A stretch of 64,000 nt of DNA from Octopus bimaculoides (lineage: Eukaryota), in assembly GCF_001194135.2 (NCBI RefSeq), contig NC_068982.1, positions 37,148,466-37,212,465 on the forward strand, given 5' to 3'. Every line of letters begins with the position of its first letter. The stretch's first letter is position 1. Shown here piece by piece: positions 25,150 through 38,352 of the stretch. The notes below the pieces were generated by a model that saw only the letters and a list, made by a program, of their open reading frames with translations, ran no database searches and was not told the DNA's origin. The translations under genes and the position numbers were made by a program.

Positions 25150-25845
25150 TAACCGAGATGCATCTCACCACACTGCACCAGGTCCCTCACTGATCCTTAT
25201 TAGCTTTGGCAGAGCTTCAAATTCATGTTGTGTGTCTCTGTCAATGACATCAATCTAGTTGAATGGTTTTCATCTTTCTTAGGTCTTGGAACTATCTAAA
25301 TTATAAAACCTAATATGGTCTTTTGTTCAGCATGGTATCAGTGACCAACAAATCCTATGCTGCATTTTCACCTATACCATGAGATGTTTTGTGCTTCCAT
25401 GAAAAGTCTGATATATGTACCATCAAGACCCATTTGAAGCTGTCATTTCATTGTCCAGGTTTAGGCTCCATAGAGAAGAATGCTTTCTCTATATATTCTG
25501 AAGAAGGCAAGCTTAGGTGATTTTGAAATACTTGACTGCATGTTACAAGTACTCCAGAATAGTTCCTTGCATGTATGGGAATCTTTCTTACTATCAGCAA
25601 CATCAGGCCAAAAGTACTTAAAATCACTGACTTCCTTGAGTTGTACCATTGTTGCAACAAATTGGCATGTTGGTTTTTATCTTCTTTGCATTGAGAAACA
25701 GATGGACTTTGGCTCCAGTATATTCAAAGGATGTTAAAGTCATGCACATCACACAGTTGATGAACTGTGAGAGCAAGATCATCAGTCTTATCAAGGTTAG
25801 AAAGACACTGCTGCTGTCTTGATTGCTTCTGTTTGATGTTGTCTT
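25150..25845 (-). mobile_element. RTE-like LINE, 3' segment (catalytic DD to C-terminus)
   Basis: Minus-strand CLSNLDKTDDLAL (LDYADD-like), FLNAKKIK, FKYFWPDVADSKKD, ESILLYGA*TW and LDGTYIRLF..QNISW in the correct order. Confidence 0.75.
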
Positions 25846-26310
25846 CAGTTATTCCACTTCCAAAGAAAGGTGATCTCCATCTGCTTCAGAACTACAGAAG
25901 AATTACACTCTCACCTCTAATGTCTACAACTTTATGCACCCTAATAGCATTTCCCCGCACATTGTTCCTAATAAAGAATCAAAACAGCTTTTACAAAGGT
26001 AGATCAACATTACCATGGACCTTTGCTCATCAAAAACTTACAAAAGAGCTTAGAATTTCCAAAGCAAAAGGTATCAATTGCATTTGTGGATTTTTCCAAA
26101 ATATTCATTAGTATCAATAGAAAGGCCATTTTACATAGATGAAATTGTCAAAGCCATCTCCGCCATCATGTAGAAAAATCCATCAAGCTTTGTGCAAAGC
26201 ATCAGACTGTCCAACTTGAGGATTTCTTATGACAGCAAAAATTTTTCAGAGAGACACTTTAGCTCCTTTCCTTTTTGTGATTGTAGTGGATTACATCCTT
26301 AGGTAACTAA
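25846..26310 (+). mobile_element. RTE-like LINE, 5' RT segment in inverted orientation
   Basis: VIPLPKKGDLHLLQNYRRITLSPLMS, QNSFYKGRST and QRDTLAPFLFVIVVDYILR (QGDTLAP motif). Confidence 0.8.
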
Positions 26311-28599
26311 GATGGAACAAAATTATGCATGCATTTTTAGCAACATCTCTTGATCATAGAGAGATTTTAAAAATGACTAAAATGCATAGTTGCAGACTAT
26401 GTGTGGTTTATCTTATTCAGCAGCCACATTGTAATGCACTTAATTTCATTGCTTGGCAGGTATCTTGAGAATGTATCTTCTTTCAAGGTTTTGGTTTGAC
26501 CAATGCTCTTTGAATGAAATTAATAAAAAGGTATTGTATGTAAGCCCATCGTATAAGTGTGTTTGTGTGTGTGTGTGTGCATAAACCTGAAATTCTGCAA
26601 CATTACTCTCTACAAGATTTCAGTTATTGCCCCCGAGACAATCATAGTGCTTGCTACCCAGGTACCACACAGTGGAATCATCCAAACCATGCAGCTATGC
26701 CATACCTATATATAATATGCACACATTGACTGCATTATAGTAACTCTTTTGCGATCTTTTTGGTTTCAAATGTCAAAAGCTGTATGTTCTCTAGTTCACT
26801 GCTTCAGGAACCAAGCTCAATTTTTGATTGAAATGATAATTTTGCATTTCCCCTCTACTGGAGTATAAGTAAAGTGAAGCTGAAATATCATAAAAGTATT
26901 AGCAGTTGTAGAACTTGTATCATTGCTGATTTTGATAATAAATAGATTTTTCTCCATATATAAAGAGATATTTTATATGTAAAACCAATAAAAATGTTGT
27001 GGAAGTATATCTTCCTTGGGTGGTTAGAGTGGATTGCCTTAAGATAAAGGTGGTAAAAGTATTTGATCTCTTTGTATAAATAGAATAAGAAGAAAAAAAC
27101 TAAGTGTTTTGTACATGAAAAATGAATAATATTGAAGTATTTGTTGGTTTTATCATCTAGATTTGAAATAAACAATGAGTCAACAAGGGTGCTCTTATAT
27201 TTGCTAAAAATAGTAACCAAATCTCACTCATATGTTACCATATTGTCTTCAAAAATGAAAGGACACCTTTGAAACAGAATAGTTGGTGGAAACTTGGATT
27301 TAAGAAGGTATTGATTTAAGTGTTTATAAGAGAAGAAAATATTTGTGAAATCTGAAATTATTAAGACTTAGATATTATGAACTGATTTAATATTAGCTGT
27401 GCACCTGTTAGGAAACTAAAATATGTTCCAAAGTTATTACCACTTAGTATTGTATAGAAAAGAAATGAAAACAAATTAATAACTTTATAAAAAAATAAAT
27501 AAAGAATCTAAAAACTGAATTTGGAATATATTCAGGCTTGCTACTTCTATTTTGTTACATGTAGAAGTTTTCGAGTTTATGTTGATACATTAACTTCTTA
27601 AAATTTTTATGGTTCATTAAAAGAAAATAAGATAAGTCACTCTGAAGAATCAGCACAAGCATTAACTTTGAAATTATTATTGCAGTGGGGCAGTATGTGT
27701 TTATACATATTTTATACTTACAAAAGTCATTTCTACAAATCCACTAATGTTTCTTTTCTTTTTTTAACACCTATCTAAAAAGTCTTAAATCATTTTTCAG
27801 AAATATCATTACTGTTTTGTACTTTACTGTATGGCAAATATATACTGATAATTCGCTTTGTGAAACCCAGTCAGCTGTTTGACTGGTAATAAACTGGGTA
27901 GCACCCTCAAGTTATTCAGAAATTCTTCCACCTTATATTTTTTCTCTCTCGGCATGCACACTAAATTCATCATGGTACTATTCACAGATGTCTGGAATTT
28001 CTTAAGACCCACATCTCTGTAACAAATTACTATTAACACAACAAACACTATACTGGCAGATGAGTCTGGGTTTCCATGAAACATAGAAATCTATAAATTT
28101 TTAAGAAATTTGCCACTCTGTTAACTGAAAAACAAAAAAACAAAAGTGTTTTCCTTTTTAAATCATTAACTTACAGTGTTGAAACGAAAAATGTTGGCGA
28201 GAGGTTTTTTTAAAGAAGTGAAAAAAAATGATACCCTATGATAGAATTTAGAAGTGTTTTTTGCAGCTAACTTTCTAAATACACTTTCAAACTCATTTCA
28301 GCTTAGTTTTGATATGGTTGTTTAAAAATATGAGTGGAGTTTTAGTGTTAGTTATCCATATTAGATTTCTTTTCTAACATATTATTCAAAATATATTGCT
28401 AATGTTAAAAAAAAGAAAAGAAAGAAACTGACTAAATGTTAAATTACACAATGTCCTGTTCACTCAGCAAATTAAACATTAACTTATTCTTAATTATTAA
28501 ATTGGATCACTTGGAAATTGGTGCATTTTTTCCTCAAGATCAGATTTTATCCACAGTGCCCAAATATTGATTTCTTTTATTGCAATAGAAACTTGTGAT

Positions 28600-29040
28600 T
28601 AATTGAATCAAGCTCAAATATGTTATGTCTTTATCTTATGTGGCTACTTCCCACTCTTCATTGATTCCACATGTATTGAGCCTAGTTCACATGATTCCAC
28701 ATGTATTGAGCCTAGTTCAACAGCCATACTGTTTCAATCATGCCATGAACATATCCTCTCACAGTCCAAATTCCCTTACCCTTCACATTCAGCTCTACGA
28801 CTTGGCTGTAGCTACATTTACCTTTGTCTGATAACCCCTATTCTAGTCAGTAATACCCCTACTCTCACATCGAACCTTATACTTTCATCTATTTGTGACT
28901 TCATTGACTGACTTGTCCCTTCAATTCTCATATAACTCATCTTATTGGCCCCAAACCTAGAGTCAGCATGAACCACCACTTTGACTGCATCTCACCTAAC
29001 TTTAATATACAGCATAATTTGCATGCTCTGGAGTGAAACG
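28600..29040 (-). mobile_element. Decayed RTE LINE 3' fragment containing a 30-bp tandem duplication (28662-28719)
   Basis: Minus-strand similarity to the RTE VRxxMxHGxETW region; tgattccacatgtattgagcctagttca is duplicated with period 30. Confidence 0.5.
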
Positions 29041-29136
29041 TTAACTATGGAACTATTGCTATTGCATTAGTATCAATATATTTTATATATATTATTTTTT
29101 TACATATAAATCACTATTATTATTTTTTAAGTGAGG

Positions 29137-29337
29137 CTTGGTTCTTTAACATTTTCATAGCTTGTAAGAAATGTTTTACTCTGTTCTTGGGCAAAACAAG
29201 TTGACTTTTGGGAGCCATGTTTCATAAAAATATTTATAATAATGCTTAAGGAGTTTGCAGAACCTATAGCAGAGTGCTTTAACTTGGTTGACCTCACTTC
29301 TGATAAATGGGTTAGAAAAAATGTTTGAGAGCCCCTG
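29137..29337. mobile_element. Possible hAT/Charlie-like MITE
   Basis: Right end gtttgagagcccctg (29323-29337) is the reverse complement of CAGGGGCTCTCAAAC, a typical hAT-Charlie TIR; the left TIR is only weakly visible. Confidence 0.35.
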
Positions 29338-29749
29338 GAGTAGAAGGTCATATACATATTTTTTCTTTTCAAAGTATAGGAGTGAGGACTCTGAAAACTG
29401 AGGGGCAGTAGTAAGGATGGGTGGCAGAAAGTAGAAGTTACAAAAGCAAAGATGTTGGAGCAGCCAGTTTGGGTTGTTGTCCAATACAGTGGTTCAAATG
29501 AGACCTACACAATCACCAAAAGCAATGTCTTTATCTAGATACTTCTGCTCTACATGACCATAATACATTCTCAACTCACATGATTATTCCCCTTACTATC
29601 AGTCCCTTCACCCTGTACTTATTTTCATTGGCTTATGGCCTGTGTTTGTGTATATTGTGTTCTAATTCATTGTGTCTATACATCCTGTAAATATATAAGC
29701 TACTTGATCATAATTGTTGGATGGTGTTTTTGCATACACTATGCATAAT

Positions 29750-29919
29750 CACTAGCATAGCTAGAGGAGGCAGATGGAGTGGTCCACCTTAGGCAACACT
29801 TTTATGGGAGTGGCACCACTTTTAAGTCTGCTGTAGGCAATATGTATCTTTTGTGGGGACTCAGGTGCAGCAAATTGAAGGGCTACCCTGGGCAGTAAAC
29901 ACTCTAGCTGTACATACTG
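29750..29919. mobile_element. Old MITE with CAGTxxxxxAGCTAG-like TIRs
   Basis: Left cactagcatagctagag versus right (reverse complement) cagtatgtacagctagag; locally GC-rich interior with cc.tgggca motifs near both ends. Confidence 0.4.
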
Positions 29920-31352
29920 TATCATAGATGCAGTTCTTATTAACAGCATACTACTCTACTCTCTTATTTGGCCTAAATTTTCTTGTATTGTGTTAGTATA
30001 TATTTGTGTGTTTTAATATATGTATACATACTGCTCTATTCATACATTCCATACTGTTTGTACATTCACTGTACATATTTGCTATGTATTGACTGTATAC
30101 AATATTCTGATAAAAGTGTAGTTTTTTTGTTTTTTTTTTCAGTTTATGCACATGTTCATGGTTCTATTTTCATTATTTCTACCCTCTGCGCACTTCTCAC
30201 CACACCTCCCCACCATCATAGACCAATATTACTTTTCTGTCTACCTTCCTTTCTCTAGATATTTTTTGTTTTACAATTCTTACCATTTCTCAAACTTCCC
30301 TTTTGCCCCTCTTCCCCCATCCCCACTGTTTTGTGAGTATCAGTTTTTTCTTTTGTTCAACCCTCCCCACTCTGTCTTGCCTTTCCTTCTAATTCCTCAG
30401 TTCACTTGATCTGTGACAGTTCACCTCCTTCCTCATTTCAAATGACCTGCAAAGTTTTGCTTCAAGTTTTTACTACTCTTCCTTCTACTTTACTTCCTCC
30501 CACATCACCTGTTTCCCACACTACTCACATCATCTCTTAACCACCTCCTACACTACTACTCACCTCATCTCCCACAATACTTACAATTTCCTTCCCTCTT
30601 TCCACACTCAACATAACTCTTTCATCTCTCCTATTTTCATTTGCCTTTTCTGTGATTTCAATGTCAGTGCCTGTATGCTTTTCAGTGTATGCCTTGTATG
30701 CATGTATCTTATCACATGTGGAAGGATGAATGGCAAAGACAGTCAACTCCACTGTTGTTCTATGACACACTACCTTCATGCACATGCCAAATATTGAAAT
30801 ATACAATCAAAATGTTTTGAATATTGTATGCTTAAAAATAATAAATTTTAAAAAAACCAATAAGTTCTTGCATAATATATCACATTAACTTGATTAAGTT
30901 TAATGTGATGTTTGGGCTCTAGTTCATTGACTTTAAATCCTACAAAGGCTTTAATTTCTGAACTTCAGTAGTTTGTAAAATAAGTATCAGTTTAGATATT
31001 GATGTCAATTTTATGCTCCTCTTAGCTTTGTGGATCTATTATATTATAAAGTTAATTGTATTTTTTCTGTTTATACATACATAGAAGTCTTAATTTCCAT
31101 ATTCAGCTCATTTGTTTTTTCTTTTTGTCTGGTCAGTTTGCTTTTTTGTTGTTTTTCTCTTTTTTTTTTCTTGGAAGATTTCAGTGTATTTCATTATTTT
31201 ATACTACTACATAATGTTATTGTACTTTTATTATTATAACAGTGATGTATGATAATGTCAAGATCTGCTTGATCATTGCTAGTTTTCTTTCATATTAAAT
31301 GTAAAAATTATAAATGCTAATTAATTGGTAGGGGCTATAACATAAAAATTAT

Positions 31353-31613
31353 GTTTGAGCGAGATCGTTGCCAGTGCCCCTGGACTGGCTCTTGTGCAGG
31401 CGGCACATAAAAGACACCATTTCGAGCGTGGCCGTTTTCGTGCGGGTGACACGTAAAAGCACCCACTACACTCTCTGAGTGGTTGGCATTAGGAAGGGCA
31501 TCCAGCTGTAGAAACTCTGCCAAATTAGATTGGAGCCTGGTGTTGCCATCCGGTTTCACCAGTCCTCAGTCAAATCGTCCAACCCATGCTAGCATGGAAG
31601 GCGGACGTTAAAC

Positions 31614-31646
<33 letters not shown>
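31353..31646 (+). mobile_element. Young SINE/non-autonomous RTE-tail element with (GAT)n tail
   Basis: aggaagggcatccagctgtagaaac motif, 3' end ccatgctagcatggaaggcggacgttaaac(gat)n, CpGs retained; ~92% identical by hand alignment over ~170 bp to the 48068 copy. Confidence 0.9.
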
Positions 31647-34600
31647 AGCATTTTGAATCTGTAAGTGACCTTGTAGTTTTTTGCTTAAAAATAATGTTAA
31701 CCCATGAGTATGGTGTTAGCTACTTTAATCCATGAAAATATAAACTTTTAAAAAATATGATTTTACTGAATAAGTTGCTGAAGGTATTCTAGCTTTCAAA
31801 TATAACATCCCATCATTGTTGGTTACTTTGCACAAAAATCCTTGTTTTCTTAGTAGTTGGATATGACCAAGTTTGAATGCTAAAAATTTAATCTTTGTTG
31901 AACAACTTTTCTATCAGCCCATCCACCACTGTTAATTAACAAATGTAGTTGGATAGACTAGAACAAGTAGTAATGTCAGAACAGGACCAAGGAATTCACT
32001 CTATACAGTTACATGTCTTACTATCATCTTTTAATACTAGGGGTAGATATATAATACACTAGATACATGTTAAATACCAATAAAATCATGAAGTAATTAT
32101 TTTAAAATATTGTATGTTATTTATTGCAAATATATTATCACTTAACTATTTATTAGAGTTATACATAGATTGTATTAACCCCAGTTTTTGCTTGCTAATA
32201 ACTGGAGATGAGCAGAACCGTCGCTATTTGCTTTGTGTTGTACCCAGAGGGAAGATGAGTTGAAAACATCAGGACAACCTCATATAATGTTGAATTATCA
32301 GTAACATATTAAGCTCACAAAAATGTGTTGCTTGAACTTGCTATTTTTATACTGAAAATCTGTTTTTCATTCAGTATGTAAAACTCAGTTTGTTATTTCA
32401 GATAAGGTTTACTTTTTTTTTACTTTGTATCTGTGTATTTTATAAAATTATGTTCAACTTTTATTTCATTTACTCTGTTTTAGTAATTGGGTAGGTAATA
32501 CTTCTACTGTCTATAAGGAAACCCCATTACTAGTCCACCTTTATTTTTTCTTAAATTTCTGTATTCTGCCAATTTGAGCACAGCTTATATATACATATAT
32601 ATATATATATAGCTGACTTTATTGGTCTTTGGAGGAGATTAAAATATGCTGTCTGTCTGCTTTATTTTGGGTTGAAGTCAGATTGTTGAGGAAGGATATT
32701 TTATGTACTTTGCAGGACTTAAATTTCTTGAACACCTGTTAGCTTTTGTAAACAAGAAGTGCTGGTAAACTTGATGTTATTATATTTCTGTGGATGACAC
32801 AAAAGTGAGAAGAATATTAGCCTTCAGTACCCTAATAAATATACTTGACTGGTTTCTTGGATTAAAAGATTGAACAAATTATTGTTTGCTTTCAGTTTCG
32901 CTCCTACATTTTATTTATTCCTATTTTAGGTCATTTGTAGGTTCAGAGTTTAAAGATTTTGATTCTTTATGTTCAGTAAAAGATGCCCAGTATTAAGGAG
33001 TGGGCTTAAAGGAAGAAACAACTTTCTACATTTAATGCAATTTAAATGTTTTCTACTTCTTGGTTAAAGATACAGTTGGTGAAGAATGTTGATTTCAACT
33101 ACATTGCTATTTTGGAATGTACCATTGCTAGTTTAGAATATGTTGACTAGCACAGCAAAGAAAAATGTTTTGTTTTTTTTCTTTCTTTTTTTTTATGAAA
33201 GGGCAAATGATGCTGGATGTAGCACTTTATGCTTCATTTAAACAGCTCTTGAATAAACTTAGTCATACTACTTACCCTTGTAAATTCTGTGCAGTCTTGC
33301 AGACAGCATTCACACATCTAATCAAGATGTTGAGTATACATTTTCATTCCTTCATATGTGTTTTCAGTGTCTTAGTACGTAGCTGCATGTATCTTGTAGA
33401 AATGTTTTTGGCAAGCAAAAATTCTTGTAGAAAGTCTTTCTAAGTTTGCTTGAATGAACTGTAAACTCCTTTCCGAGATACTTAAAATATATAGCTTTGA
33501 AACCTCACTATAAAGGCAATACTAGTTGATAAATCAGGAATCAGTATAAAACGTTGACTTTGGAGGAGTAGTGATACTGTTGCACTTTTTGCCCTGCTAT
33601 TCATAAGGTATGAGAGAGTAAAATAATACTTTTTTATTCCTTAGGAACTGTTCATTACTAATCCTTCAAAAGGTTTTGTTCATTTTGCTGAGATATGATA
33701 TATCATGGAGCTGCTTCTCCAAAATATGCAGGCTTCACATTTAATGCTTGCTTCTAATATATGTCTACACATGTTTTGCATTAAATTATTATATATAAAC
33801 ATGCTATCATTTAGACACAGATCATTTATTTTAGAAAGTAATAACCAGGTAAACCTTCTTCTCATCATGCTATTTTAACAACATCCTTCTGGCTCCACCT
33901 ATCCATGTTAGAACCATTTATAATCTTTAACACAGCAGCTGAATGAATATATAGAAGCTATTATTATATTGGGGTTTTAGAGAGACTCCAATAACAGAAA
34001 AAGAATAATAACCCTAGATTTTAATGTCATTAAGTTCAGTTTAATTGATAAATTATAGTTTCTTGACTGTCAAGCATTTCTGTATAGTGATTATAATGCT
34101 ATCTCAACCATCAGTATGACATTTATGGTAACAAGTATGCGATTCTGGCAAGAAGGTTTTTGCTCCAGTGTTAAAAGGGAGACACTACTCATTTTCTCCT
34201 AGATTGTAAATGTTTTTATTCATGAGAAACAGTTGTGTAATTTCTTTTATTTGCATCATCATTCCATATAATTTAAGAATTGACTGCCAAGTGTCATCTC
34301 ATGCAATTTTCTTTCCTTTAGATAGAAAAAAGGTCGGTTAATACTTTTCTCAGCTACAATAACAACTAAATTGTTATTATAATTGCGGTTGCAGGCATAG
34401 CCATGTTGTTAGGTTCGTATCACTTCATATTCATGTGGTTCAGAATTCAGTTTCCCTGTAGAGCACAGCACCTGAGGCAAATTTCTCTTACTGTAAGCTT
34501 CGGATGTCATCCAAATTTTGTGAAATGAAAAGAATATGGCCACCCATTGGATAGTATCTTATTCTTTGGTGGTAAACCTCACTCAGTTTAATACCACCAT

Positions 34601-35013
34601 CTTTTGGGTTCCTTGAGAGATTGAAGTCCTCTTTGTTGCCAGCATTCACATCAGGTCTCTAGTTTGAAGATAACTTGATTCCTTGCTTCCTTCTGCAGAA
34701 ATGTATTGTCTATGGGTTCTTCCTTGCTTCATTAATCTGAGAGGTTTGGCAAATGTCATGATTCTATATTTCTTCCTCTGAGGCTAAACCACATAAAAAA
34801 ATACAAGACTTGAGTTTTTCACATTGAATAACTTGACAGCAATGTTTGTTGCATTTTACCCACATTGAAATATATGTGCCTGATGATTTCATGTTGCCTT
34901 TGTCCTGTCTCAGCACTTTGCTCATTGTCTTTTTGAGGTTCAATACATATACTGAGGTTGCCAATAGAACTTCAATTCCCATTTACATTGTGGAGCCAAT
35001 TTAAATAATCTCC

Positions 35014-35225
35014 AAGATGGAGAGCTGGCAGAAACATTAGCACGCCAGGCAAAATGCTTAGTGGTATTTCGTCTGTCTTTACATTCTGAGTTCAAATTCC
35101 GCTGAGGTCTACTTTGCCTTTCATCCTTTCGGGGTCAATAAATTAAGTCAGTTGCGTACTGGGGTCGATCTAATTGACTGGCCCCCTCCCCCAAAATTTC
35201 AGGCTTTGTGCCTGGAGTAGAAAAG
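35014..35225 (+). mobile_element. Full-length tRNA-derived SINE (second family) with 16-bp TSD
   Basis: A-box-like gctggcagaaacattagc and B box gagttcaaattcc; flanked by aatttaaataatctcc (34998-35013) and aatttagataatctcc (35226-35241). Confidence 0.9.
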
Positions 35226-38159
35226 AATTTAGATAATCTCCTTTTGCTTTCTATTTGTGACCTACATTTCAATTATTCGTCTGTAGATCTTAATTTACAT
35301 TGTGGTTCTACTTAGTTTTACTTAAATTTACATGCTTTGATTACCAAGAGAACCTCTTTGTTTCTGTCATTAAAGTAATGTATGGTTGAGACTGATTGTA
35401 GCTACATTAGTATCTCATGTTATGCACAAATATACACACTTTGAGTTTGGTTTTGTAATTACCAATGTTTTGGTGTGTTTGCAATAACCTTTCCGTTCAT
35501 AATGGTGACTTGGAGTCATTAGTTTTAATTTTGGTTTAATATCAAATTATTTTTGTGTTGATTTAAAGACCTCTAGTTTTCTGATGTCATATTTTCTACT
35601 TTCTGGTTACCTCTTAACTGCAAAACATCCTTTCTAACAAGTATGGATTTATTTAGGATATTTCTTTAATTGCTTTTTCTGTCCTTTTGCATCAGCCATG
35701 CACATACATATAAATAATCATATATACACATATATACTCATATGCACATAGATGTGTGTGTACGTGTTTACATATAAATTTATAAAATATTAATTACAAA
35801 TAACAACAACGTCTTTTGTATAAATATTAATAAGAATATATTTATAAAACTACTCTTCAAACAAAAACAGAAGATGAGCTCCTGAATACAATTGGATCAT
35901 TCCTCTCATACATATGAGCACAAATGTACAGAATGAAAGAATTTCCGAGTGAGTGAAAAATAAAACTAGTCATAATTAGTGATGGGACCTTTTAAATTTA
36001 AGAAAATGAAATGCAAGCATTTATTTATTGGATATTTTGAGGGAAAGATTTACTGGTTTCTAGAAACCAGTCATTTCATATTTATTCAAACTGTTCATTG
36101 GTTGATGTTAATTTTGTGATTTCTTTTTATTATTAGCCATTTAAAGTGGCTTTAAATGTTCTGAATGAAATTTGGTTCACATTAATTTGATAATGATTTT
36201 CCTGAAGTAACTTTTTACTTCCTCTGATATATAAGATAGAGGATTATCTCACTAAACTTTATTAGTCTTATTTACTGACAATTTCAGCAAATTATTGCAT
36301 AATGTAATGTGTTTAAAGAATTTAAAGTTTATTCAATAATTTAACAGTATGCATTAAAATCATTGAAATAAAAAAAAACAACTCTATGAATTTAAATTAA
36401 GAACATTTTTGCACTCCTCAGAAGACAATTCAAATTTAGGTTCAACGGACCATGTAGCCTTGTTCCAGTCAATTGTCTTATTTCAGTGCACACTTTAGTC
36501 TTTTTTATTTATCTTTTGATGTCAAACAGTTTATGTTGTATTGTAATAGTGAATCAATTAATTTGCTCTAAACAAATACTGACATCTCTTTTTTTTTTTT
36601 TTTATCAGATACATCGAAATTCTTTTGGTTATCCTTTTCATATTTGTTTTCTTCTTTCATAATGAATTGTTCCTGTTCTCCTGAGTATTTAAGAAATCTT
36701 GGTGTTACTGTGGCAATTTCACTATTTCTAATTGATTTTCCAAATTTTCTGAAAGCCATAATCATACTTTTGATTTCATCTCTGATTTGATAACTGGTTC
36801 TTTGTACTACTTTTTAGTTATAGGAATTATTGAATAATGAATTAACAGCTACCTTGTTTTTGTAATGGTGGGATTGGGAGCTGATCATTTTCAAATGCTG
36901 CAGAAATTTTTAATATATTCAAAAGGATTGTAGAATTTATTATTACTGTTAAAATTTAAAAAGGAAAAAGAATTATGCAGACAATTCTAAAATGTAGACC
37001 TTTAACCTTTTCATTACTGTATTTATTTTGAGATGTTCTGCGTTTCTTTTGTTTACTTTAAATATAACAAAGAATTTAGTAAAACAACTTATATCATTCA
37101 GCTAGTGTTAGGAACATAAATTGTTTGGTGGAAGATTTTAATTCAAAACATATGAAAAGAAGACATTTGTACTTAGAGTTAGAACCAGTTGCAGCCAGGT
37201 TGGTAACGGAAGGGTTAAATTATAGAATCTTAATGAACCTCTTCTGTAAATTACATCTATTTTGGTGACTATTTTTAGTTATATTTGTTTAGATGGATAA
37301 AGTATGACTAGAAAACATGTGCAAATGATATATTGTTCAGTATTTTTTTTTTATATATATTCAGTCTATATTAATTTATATAGCTGTATAATATAACCCT
37401 TTAATTTAGAGAGAAAATATTAGATCTAGAACCAAGAAATTGTTGCCATTAATTATCATCACGCATTAAGTGCATGCTCTAAAAGAAGTCATTGATAAAC
37501 AGATTTTGCTTCATTTAAAATGTTTCAGTTATAGGGCCTTATCATTTGAGTGAATATGTTGAAATTATTTGTTTTAAATATGATTGAATTTTGTGCTCAA
37601 AATCTCATATCTCATTGATTGTTTTTATGTTTTGCTTCAGAAATATTTGTAACTTATCTATTTTTTTCTTTTTCCCACACTTAGAATTGTTAACAATATA
37701 CAAATTATTGATTTTGAAGTTACAAAACAAAAATCAAATTCATTGACTGAGATCAACAATGGATTTGATTTTTACATTACCTTTGCTTTTTATCTGTTTA
37801 AAATGTCTCATAACTAAAAGAACATTATAGGATAGGTGTTTTAAATATTGATTCTGACAAAAATGTGGTTGTTAGAAAAAATATTTCTACCTATTTAATC
37901 TTTATTGAATCATACTTTCTTACTTATAGACCAATCTGCTATTATTGAATTCTAACTTGATGCTGTATTTTATTACAAGAAATTTTGTCTGTAACTATGA
38001 TTTTGCTTTATGTTTTAAAGATTTAGGAAAGAAAGGAGATCCATTGCTATTTCAGACTACTGATAAGTATTAGGTTAATAGGATTATGTTCAGTTTGAAC
38101 TTTTGTATTTTAGTACTTGGAAGAGAAATAGTGACGAAAAAGGAGATCCAGGAATACAG

Positions 38160-38310
38160 ATCTAGGGCTTATCAATTGAGCTGTGTGATACTTGTGGAGG
38201 TTTAGTAAAGTAGATCAGATATAAAAGGGGCAGCTGGGGTAGGAAGACACATTTTGAGAGACATGCCATCAAAATAGTAGTCAAAGAGATATTGGAGGAC
38301 ATAATTTGAT
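38160..38310 (+). mobile_element. RTE LINE 3' fragment
   Basis: Degenerate GRxxKTW...VVxxD-like region (ggggtaggaagacacattttgagagacatg...gtagtcaaagagat). Confidence 0.35.
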
Positions 38311-38317
38311 AGTTAAT

Positions 38318-38352
<35 letters not shown>

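Noticed and set aside
27824-28084. 86-aa minus-strand ORF with an acceptor-like ttgttacag
   Set aside because: No recognisable domain or donor; length is within chance expectation for six frames of 64 kb.
32248-32300. Candidate 53-nt exon REDELKTSGQPHIMLNY
   Set aside because: Mediocre donor (gtaaca), ends in phase 2 (incompatible with the next exon) and no spectrin pattern.
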